Positions 57,190 to 64,000 of a stretch of 64,000 bases of DNA are shown in pieces. The stretch lies in the IMG/VR virus record IMGVR_UViG_3300017778_004456, positions 1 through 64,000 of that record; one strand, written 5' to 3'. The stretch is from a virus. Both the position numbers and the translations under genes were made by a program. Position 1 is the first letter of the stretch; each line of letters begins with the position of its first letter. The notes beneath the pieces are model-generated. The model was not told the DNA's origin. It saw only the letters and a program-made list of their open reading frames with translations, and did no database searches.

Positions 57190-58300
57190 AAGCTCCTTGG
57201 AGGAGTCGTCTGGATAGGTAGATAAAAGGCGTCTGTATCTGGAGGTCATTCGTCAGATATCGACTGCGTCACTGGGAAGTACTTAGGTACTCGAGCGCGA
57301 TCCACAAGATAGACGCATTTCTGCGGATAGGAGAGATTAGGGACATGTGGAACGTAGAGAATTCGGTAGGAGTGAGGATAGCTCTGGATCTCGTCAACGA
57401 GGGAATCTAGCTCTAGGAGATTCCTCAAGTGAGGATTCCACCCGAAGCTGTGTCCACGCTCGAGAAGAATCCTTGGATCCACGGTGCGATGAGGGATTTT
57501 GGGATCCACGCAGAATAGCATCCTACCATATCCAGTCACGATATGATAGGAGAGGGAGATCTTGACCGGGAATCCCATGAAGATCATCACCCATGGAGGT
57601 GAAGATTGTGGGAGCGTCGCGGATAGAGCTTTGAGGGTGAAGCGAGGATTCATGCGGGCTAGGTTAGGCGGGATGCATGTGTCGTACAAGGTGAGGATTC
57701 TTCAGTAGGGACAGAAGGTCGTTACGGCGTGTCGGTACAAATCGCTGCGGTTGGCGTTGTTCCATGTACGAGTTTGGGTTTTCATTAAGTTTGGTCATAA
57801 CCTCGGTGGTTAAAGGTTGAAGTGTGTGTCTTTGTACAAATCGCTTTTGTGTTTGGAATAAATATATGAGCTATGTAGAAAGTTGTAGCGGAACTGTGGA
57901 ACATGATTATAGGTCACTGTGAGACTCGGGAAGGAGGGCGGTTCCGGTCTGTTCCATGGTTCCATGGTTTTCGGTTTTTGCCGGTTTATGGGTTCTACCA
58001 AACAGGAGCGAATGGTTTGTACCGGAAGAGGAATTATTCCTGTAATTCCAAGGCACTCAGTTGTGTTAGTGGACCGCTGGTCGTTGCGGTGGCGGAACAC
58101 GCTCACTTGTTCCGTGGCATTCTTGTACCAGATTCTCAGGAGTTTAAGACTCAGCGTAGGTCTGGAAGCCGGGAACGGGGCAAAATCAAGGAGATCGTCA
58201 ATCAAATTTTGACATTCCAACCACTGATGCCGGCGATCGGGTCCGTGTCAAAATCTCCCCAGCAGAGATTCGTCCACTCTTAAGAGTCGCTGGTCGGTCT
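57190..58300. other. non-coding region, candidate replication origin
   Basis: No convincing ORFs; strand-skewed composition; repeated GTTCC/GGAAC and GTACAAATCGCT; AT-rich core near 57855-57870. Confidence 0.4.
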
Positions 58301-58309
58301 CATACGGAA

Positions 58310-58337
58310 TCGGCCCAGGACTCGCATCCTGGGCCGA
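58310..58337 (-). terminator. hairpin
   Basis: TCGGCCCAGGA/TCCTGGGCCGA stem downstream of the stop at 58363. Confidence 0.55.
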
Positions 58338-58362
58338 CCCGACAGTATTGAATTGACGTGAA

Positions 58363-58701
58363 TTACATCTTCACTCGACGGAAGGCTGACCCGGATGGGG
58401 AGATCCGATACAGTCCCTGACCGTCGGCACAGATGACGTCGTACATATCCGTGTCATCCGTGTTCCGTTGGATTCGGACGCCCTCGGCCTCGTCTGGACG
58501 AATGAGCTGAATCGCCAACAGACCTGTGATCAGGTCCTCGTAGTCACCTCGAGCGATGGAGCCCGGACGAACGTCGATTCCGACACCCGACTGAGCCCAC
58601 GTCAGTTCTGGAAGATTCCAGATCGTGACGTACATCTTAGCGGTCGGCCTGATGGCGATGACCTCCGCTGACTTACCTGTTCTCTTCCGCATTGCCGACA
58701 C
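58363..58701 (-). CDS. hypothetical protein
   Basis: ORF downstream of minus promoter TTGCGC-N17-TACCGT (58770-58742). Confidence 0.6.
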   Translation of the reverse strand: MSAMRKRTGKSAEVIAIRPTAKMYVTIWNLPELTWAQSGVGIDVRPGSIARGDYEDLITGLLAIQLIRPDEAEGVRIQRNTDDTDMYDVICADGQGLYRISPSGSAFRRVKM

Positions 58702-58741
58702 TATGATCTCCGCGCTTGTGGACGCTGTTACTTATACCCTA

Positions 58742-58850
58742 ACGGTAAGCCATGATAACGCCCAGCGCAACAATCTTATGGTCTTCCAGTATCAACCTCC
58801 TCACGTGGACGACATAGCCTATTGCCTGGACGAACGTTTGCGCGTACATT
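58742..58850. promoter_or_regulatory. divergent promoter pair
   Basis: Minus TTGCGC-N17-TACCGT and plus TTGCCT-N17-TACATT (58822-58850). Confidence 0.6.
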
Positions 58851-58915
58851 ATGCTCATGGTTGGCGGCAAGCCCGTCCACCATCACAGCAACGAGTCCAC
58901 AAAGGAACTGAGACC

Positions 58916-59422
58916 ATGAACACCAAGACATCCACGTCCAAGCTGCCGATGGCCGCGACCGACAAGAAGACCGACGTCGCCGACCCGACTGCCAAGGCCC
59001 CCAAGACTCCGGGCGGCGTTGACATCTCGGCGGCGAAAGCCAAGGCATCCTCCAAGGATGCCGACGCTGCGAAGTTCGTAGGCAACTACACTCGCCTGAC
59101 GACCCTCGCGGCCCTGAGCTTCGACGCTCTGGCGGCTGAAGTCGGCGATGTGGGCGCGACGCCTGCGGAACTGGCCGACACCACGAAGTGGCTGGCCTCG
59201 GACGACGAGAAGCTTCTGACAGCCAACCGTTCGCCCATTCGCAACGCGATCATCGCCATCTGCCGAGCCAACCCCGGCGTTGAAGCCCGCGCGATCCACC
59301 TGATCATGCGAGCCACAGCCGGCGAGAGCTACCGCGGCTCGTACGACAAGGGCTACCTCTACGCGCCGAACTCCAAGACGCGCGGGATGGAAGCACGCGG
59401 CCTCGTTATCCGGCAGGCGTAA
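58916..59422 (+). CDS. putative DNA-binding protein, paralogue of 22779..23414
   Basis: AAAGGA RBS; shared ANPG...Y..GYL pattern; followed by a hairpin at 59451-59482. Confidence 0.7.
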   Translation: MNTKTSTSKLPMAATDKKTDVADPTAKAPKTPGGVDISAAKAKASSKDADAAKFVGNYTRLTTLAALSFDALAAEVGDVGATPAELADTTKWLASDDEKLLTANRSPIRNAIIAICRANPGVEARAIHLIMRATAGESYRGSYDKGYLYAPNSKTRGMEARGLVIRQA

Positions 59423-59521
59423 GTCGGCCAGGACGACAGGTAACTAGACGGAGGCGGACTGGGTGCAAGCTCAGTCCGCCTCTGACGAGAGGCTCTTAAG
59501 GAGTCTTAAGAATCCCAGATT

Positions 59522-59995
59522 ATGGAGAAGAGAATGAGCGAAGCAAGTCGAGAACTATTGAGCGAAACCTTGATGACGGCTGGGATAGACGGAAACACCG
59601 AGTGGTTCTACCCTCTGGTAACCGCCATCTCGACGGACCTAGAGACAGGCGAGGACCTGGAATCCCCGGAGCAGACTCCGATGATCACGGTCGACCTAAC
59701 GAGGGAGCACCTGGACTGGATTGTCAGGAATGTCGCAGTCCAATGGGAGGGCCGAGACCCACAGAGTCTGTGGGTCGGGGAGAGTGAGCTGTTCGTTCGG
59801 GAGACTCTGTGGTCGAAGCGATTCGCCTACGTCGTGCTCCAGGACGTGAAGGGCGGATTCATCTGCTGGGTCTGGCAGAGCGACCGAGCCGGAGTCTTAA
59901 GAATCGCCAGCCCTCACCTGTCTGTTCCAGCGGGAGTCCTGGAGAGTGAGTCGATTCGAGTTCTGGAGCTTCTCCAGTCCCGGGCCAACTCCTGA
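59522..59995 (+). CDS. hypothetical protein
   Basis: ORF followed by a hairpin at 60026-60064. Confidence 0.6.
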   Translation: MEKRMSEASRELLSETLMTAGIDGNTEWFYPLVTAISTDLETGEDLESPEQTPMITVDLTREHLDWIVRNVAVQWEGRDPQSLWVGESELFVRETLWSKRFAYVVLQDVKGGFICWVWQSDRAGVLRIASPHLSVPAGVLESESIRVLELLQSRANS

Positions 59996-60087
59996 CCACA
60001 CTGGCGACACAGCGTAGGGGCGCACTCCAGGGCGGGTAGGCTGGGCCAGCACACCCGCCCTGGATGCTGCGTAGAGTAAGCGTAGGC

Positions 60088-60116
60088 TTGCCTGACGAGG
60101 TTCACGCGCGTACCTT
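60088..60116 (+). promoter_or_regulatory. sigma70-like promoter
   Basis: TTGCCT-N17-TACCTT. Confidence 0.6.
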
Positions 60117-60147
60117 GTAGGGGCTGGCAACGGGCCAGCGTCAGGTT

Positions 60148-60363
60148 ATGGAGACAGAAGTGACCGTTGAAGAACTAGGAATCCAGGTTGACAAGATGAA
60201 GGTGAAAGCCTTCGACCTGATGAAGAACTCCGAGCACGTGAATCCTCAGCACGCCGGGTACGAGACCTACGCCGACCTCTGTGCGGCGACAGTCAAGGCG
60301 ACCCAGAAGGTGATCATCAAGTTGATCACCGACTGGGAACGCAAGAACCCGATGGAGGACTAG
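60148..60363 (+). CDS. hypothetical protein
   Basis: Small ORF downstream of promoter. Confidence 0.6.
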   Translation: METEVTVEELGIQVDKMKVKAFDLMKNSEHVNPQHAGYETYADLCAATVKATQKVIIKLITDWERKNPMED

Positions 60364-60684
60364 ATGAGCAATTTATCATGGATGAAGCAATCACAACTCG
60401 GGCTGTTCGAGCTATCACTCGCACAGCTCGGACTCGAAATGATGCCGATCGACGAGGACGAGAGCGAGGCATACTACGAGACGATCTACAAGTGTCGTCA
60501 GTTAGTCAACAGGTGCCGACCGAGTCTGTCACTCATGCTCCGAGTCGGCGTCGAGGTATCGTATGTTGATGTCTGGCGAATGCAGATCGAGGAGAGCGAC
60601 GAGTATCTCGTGCGATTCTGGACGAGCAAAGGCCCGGATTTTGACGAGGCCGAGTTCCACCTAGCGCAGGAGATTGCTGAGTGA
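60364..60684 (+). CDS. acidic hypothetical protein
   Basis: GGAGG RBS. Confidence 0.6.
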   Translation: MSNLSWMKQSQLGLFELSLAQLGLEMMPIDEDESEAYYETIYKCRQLVNRCRPSLSLMLRVGVEVSYVDVWRMQIEESDEYLVRFWTSKGPDFDEAEFHLAQEIAE

Positions 60685-60869
60685 TCTACGCAGTCTACGA
60701 CCGAGCGGAACGGAGGACTCTCGCCAAGAAATCCGACCGGAAGGAGGATCTCAAAGGGCTGAGAGACAACCTGGAGAGACTCCACGCGACGATGGACGTT
60801 CCACGAGACCGGGACGGCATTCCTCTGGACGAGAATAGACGCAGGTTTGTTATCCGGCCGATGCAGTAA
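60681..60869 (+). CDS. hypothetical protein
   Basis: AGGAG RBS; GTGA overlap. Confidence 0.55.
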   Translation: MIYAVYDRAERRTLAKKSDRKEDLKGLRDNLERLHATMDVPRDRDGIPLDENRRRFVIRPMQ

Positions 60870-60872
60870 CAC

Positions 60873-60901
60873 TTGCCAGACGACCCGGCTTGGCGCATAT
60901 T
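60873..60901 (+). promoter_or_regulatory. sigma70-like promoter
   Basis: TTGCCA-N17-CATATT. Confidence 0.55.
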
Positions 60902-60909
60902 GCATGTAC

Positions 60910-61028
60910 GCGCTGGGTGACCCGGTTCTTACCGGACAATCTGCCCAGTTGGCCTGATCTCGGGCCATCATGCAAGCCTCAAACCAGAGGCAGAGGTCTG
61001 AGTCGGGGCAGTCATCCCCGACACTCAT
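60910..61028 (+). ncRNA. candidate structured RNA/leader
   Basis: Four consecutive stem-loops directly downstream of a promoter, with no substantial ORF. Confidence 0.3.
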
Positions 61029-61040
61029 GGAGTACCTGAA

Positions 61041-61187
61041 GTGAGAAATCATTGGAACAACTGGGGCCGGGAGATCACCGGCTGGGGATTGATCCTGGTC
61101 ATCGTGTGCACGGGATCGTGGTTCGGAGCCGAGGTTGGCGCGAACTACATCCGCGCGCTGATCGACGGCGGACAGTGGGGGAAATAG
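61041..61187 (+). CDS. 48 aa single-TM membrane peptide (not in ORF track)
   Basis: GGAG RBS, GTG start; MRNHWNNWGREITGWGLILVIVCTGSWFGAEVGANYIRALIDGGQWGK. Confidence 0.55.
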   Translation: MRNHWNNWGREITGWGLILVIVCTGSWFGAEVGANYIRALIDGGQWGK

Positions 61188-61189
61188 TC

Positions 61190-61555
61190 ATGTTGAGCAA
61201 AGAACTCAAGCACAAGATCCGCAGAGCGTGGGCTCGCAAAGCCTGGGAGGACGGTCCCACGGACACTCTGGCCCTCAAGCAGGAGATCCGCGACCTGATG
61301 GATGTCCTGGCTGTGGACGGGAAGGTCGGCCTCGTCATCTGGCAGATGGACTGCGATTGTGCGTCCTGGACCAGCCTGATGGTGATCGAGAACTCGCTGG
61401 TTGACTACAACCGGGCGATCACCGGCGTCTACTCCAATGCGGAGGGACCGGTCCGGATCCACTTGGCGAGCCCAGACACCGAGGTCCAGCGCAACGAGCG
61501 GGACCACGCTCTGGAGGCCCACGAAGACGGACACCCCTACTCCGTCTCGTACTGA
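61190..61555 (+). CDS. conserved phage hypothetical protein
   Basis: MDCDC, NAEGP, RDHALEAHEDGHP motifs. Confidence 0.65.
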   Translation: MLSKELKHKIRRAWARKAWEDGPTDTLALKQEIRDLMDVLAVDGKVGLVIWQMDCDCASWTSLMVIENSLVDYNRAITGVYSNAEGPVRIHLASPDTEVQRNERDHALEAHEDGHPYSVSY

Positions 61556-61559
61556 GATT

Positions 61560-61702
61560 AGAGCGGCGAGGAGACAGCTTCTCGCCGCTCTGGTCTATAG
61601 GTCAGTCTGGGACTCTTAAGAATCGCAGAGGACTCTTAAGAATCGCGGTGTGGTCTGTGGGATGCTAAGATGCTTGCATGACGCGCGTGCTTGTGGCATG
61701 TT
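61560..61702 (+). repeat. terminator-operator-promoter cassette, copy 1
   Basis: GCGGCGAGGAG..CTTCTCGCCGC hairpin, GACTCTTAAGAATC twice, TTGCAT-N17-CATGTT. Confidence 0.75.
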
Positions 61703-61742
61703 GCAAGTACGCCGCAGTTGGCGTGTCAAGGGACCTATCCAC

Positions 61743-61925
61743 ATGATAAGTCGCATCCGCATAATCACTCCCGAGGGCCGAGTCCACGTGGTTGATCAGA
61801 GCTGGTCTCAGCTCTGCCAGACGATCCGTCCTCTCTCAGACGAGGACAAGAAGGAGTTCTGGAACAAGAAGTCCATGCCTCTGCCCGAGGGCGGAAGCGT
61901 GAAGCTGGTCCTGGAGGGCGTGTGA
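61743..61925 (+). CDS. hypothetical protein
   Basis: AAGGGA RBS. Confidence 0.55.
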   Translation: MISRIRIITPEGRVHVVDQSWSQLCQTIRPLSDEDKKEFWNKKSMPLPEGGSVKLVLEGV

Positions 61926-62194
61926 TGTACGACATGATTCACACGTTCAACACCGGCCGGAAATACACGGTCCACGGTCAGCGCATCATCGCGAAGTCTC
62001 GTACTGATGGACGAGGTCCGATCCTGTTCAACGATCTGGACCGCATGATCTACGGTTCTCTGGACCGAGAACCTCCGGAGGGATGGGCAAGTCTCACCGA
62101 GAAGGAGCGTCAGAGCTACATCCTGCACGAGTACGACTGCGGATACTACCGCTGGCACCAGGATGCTGACGCCCTGAGGAAAGAGTGGCAGTAG
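61925..62194 (+). CDS. conserved phage hypothetical protein
   Basis: FNTGRKYTVHGQRI...F.DLDRMIYG. Confidence 0.65.
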   Translation: MYDMIHTFNTGRKYTVHGQRIIAKSRTDGRGPILFNDLDRMIYGSLDREPPEGWASLTEKERQSYILHEYDCGYYRWHQDADALRKEWQ

Positions 62195-62199
62195 ATCTC

Positions 62200-62337
62200 A
62201 CCGGCGAGGAGATGACTTCTCGCCGGTTGGGTCTATTCGTCTGTCTGGGACTCTTAAGAATCGCAGCGAGTATGTTGGGATGCTACCTACCCTTGCATGA
62301 TACGCGTGCTTGGCGTACCTTGTAAGGGTAGGTAGCA
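62200..62337 (+). repeat. terminator-operator-promoter cassette, copy 2
   Basis: CCGGCGAGGAG..CTTCTCGCCGG hairpin, GACTCTTAAGAATC, TTGCAT-N17-TACCTT. Confidence 0.75.
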
Positions 62338-62350
62338 AAGGAGAATCTAC

Positions 62351-62635
62351 ATGGGATTTCAATCAGGCGCGAAACATCAGCGATCCGCGGTCCGAGCAGC
62401 TCTGGAGGACCTGATGAAGGTCAACTGTGCCAGACTCGCCGAGGACCAGGACTTCCCTGAGCGGGAGCTCTTCGAGAACAGCGACCAGGACAACGAAGGC
62501 TGGGAGAAAGTCATCGACATCCAAGTCGAGTGGGAGACGGCCCGGATCTGGGAGCACTCTGAAGACAACAGACTCATTGTCGTCCTGTCTGACGGCGGAA
62601 ACGAGGATGATTACGAGGTTTGGGAAGTAGCCTAG
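62351..62635 (+). CDS. acidic hypothetical protein
   Basis: AAGGAG RBS; very Asp/Glu-rich. Confidence 0.7.
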   Translation: MGFQSGAKHQRSAVRAALEDLMKVNCARLAEDQDFPERELFENSDQDNEGWEKVIDIQVEWETARIWEHSEDNRLIVVLSDGGNEDDYEVWEVA

Positions 62636-62762
62636 ACAACGGGGAACGGAGGCAAGACAGATAGGGAGCGGAGGCGAGACAAGGCCTCCGCTTCCGCTCA
62701 ACTTGGATGCAAGGACTCTTAAGAATCACAGCATGGTCATTTTGACCACATGATACTTGCAA

Positions 62763-62790
62763 TTGACAGCCTGACCGGCTATGGTATAGT
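62763..62790 (+). promoter_or_regulatory. sigma70-like promoter
   Basis: TTGACA-N16-TATAGT, with an operator-like motif at 62714-62727 upstream. Confidence 0.6.
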
Positions 62791-62824
62791 GTGGCTGGGG
62801 TCGTCCCAGAGTCCACAGTGCAAG

Positions 62825-63229
62825 ATGGAGCTGAAGTCTATGCTGAACATTATGACTCTTGAGCGTCCTGTGATCCAGGGCCCCTCAGGTGCTGAGACCC
62901 CGAGAATCGCTGAGGAAGCCCAGTCCACGGACTATGACTGGCTTCCACGGTGTTCCACGCCGATCCGCGTGGTTCCGCGGATGCCCAAAACGATCCGCAC
63001 CATCGGATACGCTTCCAGGCAATACGAGGTTTCCGCAGGCGTGGAAGAAATCGTGAAGAAGGCCGGAGGGATGTGGACCTACATGAACGGAAAGTACTTC
63101 CCGAGCAAGGGCCGCACGAAGCAGAACGAGGCGAACCTGGTCAAGGCCGGTCTCATCGCGGTGTGTAGCGACCGGAGCAAAAAGGTGGTGTTGATGCTCG
63201 AAAAAGAGCTCAAGACGCTGCTCGGGTAG
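62825..63229 (+). CDS. hypothetical protein (start uncertain)
   Basis: ORF downstream of promoter. Confidence 0.55.
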   Translation: MELKSMLNIMTLERPVIQGPSGAETPRIAEEAQSTDYDWLPRCSTPIRVVPRMPKTIRTIGYASRQYEVSAGVEEIVKKAGGMWTYMNGKYFPSKGRTKQNEANLVKAGLIAVCSDRSKKVVLMLEKELKTLLG

Positions 63230-63315
63230 TGGTCATTTAACTATCAGGCGTGTAAGCTGGGGCAGGCAAGGCGTTGGTCTTGTCTGCCCTTACGCATGGA
63301 GAGAACGAAGTGCAA

Positions 63316-63630
63316 ATGGATATCGATGAACTGGTCGGTGCTGACCCGAACACTTGGCGTCTAGCCGACCGGAATCTGGCACGTGAGGTCAAGTTTCCGG
63401 AAGTGGGAGTGGTATTCCTGTCTGGTAAGCCGGGTGCGAAACTGGTTCCACGGGAGTGTAAGTCGCTGAAGCCGATGGGTGCTTCGGCTATGCGGCACGG
63501 AAACCTGACGTGCTGCTACGTTGAGTACGAGGAACTGAGGGATGGGATGTGGTATCGTCACATTCATGGGCATTGGGCGACCTTGGATGGTCACCGTGTC
63601 CGTCAGTGTTGGTTAGTCGCCGCGAAGTAG
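63316..63630 (+). CDS. hypothetical protein
   Basis: ORF followed by an 11 bp hairpin at 63645-63672. Confidence 0.55.
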   Translation: MDIDELVGADPNTWRLADRNLAREVKFPEVGVVFLSGKPGAKLVPRECKSLKPMGASAMRHGNLTCCYVEYEELRDGMWYRHIHGHWATLDGHRVRQCWLVAAK

Positions 63631-63814
63631 CGGAGGGTAATCCCGACCCGGTCAGTGAATGCTGACCGGGTCTCCCCGGCCGAAAGATGTTGACTCTTAA
63701 GAGTCTGGCCTAGATCTCCCCCGCGGAGAGATGATCAGTCTTAAGAGTCCACGGCAGACTCTTAAGATTCCCCGGGTCTCCCTCGCGGCGATTTGGATTC
63801 CTGGATGCCCTACC

Positions 63815-63892
63815 CGGCACGGTACGTACCGTTTTACCTAGGCGGCACGGTACGTACCGTTTTACCTAGGCGGCACGGTACGTACCGTGCCG
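63815..63892. repeat. 28 bp tandem repeat ending in a perfect 22 bp palindrome
   Basis: CGGCACGGTACGTACCGTTTTACCTAGG at 63815 and 63843; CGGCACGGTACGTACCGTGCCG at 63871-63892. Confidence 0.9.
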
Positions 63893-64000
63893 TATGGGCT
63901 ACCCTAGGGGCAACCTGCCTGCGGCATAATGCCGCACCCCGGTTCCGTGGCATGGTTTGTGGCAATGCATGTACCGTGCCAAGCGCCGCCCGCCTACCTG

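Noticed and set aside
57246-58283. ORFs in the origin-candidate region
   Set aside because: Atypical composition, weak starts, mutual overlaps and no convincing RBS.
58276-63770. CTTAAG repeats as a CRISPR mini-array
   Set aside because: The repeat is only 14 bp, spacing is irregular, and genes lie between copies.
63815-63892. 28 bp repeats as CRISPR
   Set aside because: The units are head-to-tail with no spacers.
1-64000. tRNA genes, integrase, introns/inteins, stop-codon recoding
   Set aside because: No cloverleaf or recombinase motif was recognised by eye; PolA, TerL and NrdJ are uninterrupted and of ordinary length; genes tile well with the standard code. tRNAscan-SE would be needed to exclude tRNAs.

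Overview
This is a 64 kb piece of a long-tailed dsDNA bacteriophage (siphovirus), probably with a proteobacterial host; no head or portal genes were recognised in the window. 1-19 kb (+) is a lambda-like tail module (tube, G/GT frameshift chaperone, tape measure, M/L/K/I/J) plus a holin. 19-38 kb (+) carries replication and nucleotide genes, including a thymidine-hypermodification cluster (5-hmdU DNA kinase-like, glycosyltransferase, dUMP hydroxymethylase-like, HD hydrolase, DUF3310, PolA, dCMP deaminase), the terminase and class II RNR. 38-58.7 kb is mostly minus-strand small genes with ligase, primase-helicase (+) and endolysin. 57.2-58.3 kb is a non-coding origin candidate, and 58.9-64 kb (+) holds small genes with repeated terminator/operator/promoter cassettes. 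The most striking signal is a TC/GA-rich genome punctuated by 90-200 bp islands almost free of TC/GA, at promoters, convergent gene ends, inside some genes and at the window end. I infer a TC-context base modification with windows kept modification-free. All family calls come from motif recognition by eye, and all counts are hand counts; no searches were run.
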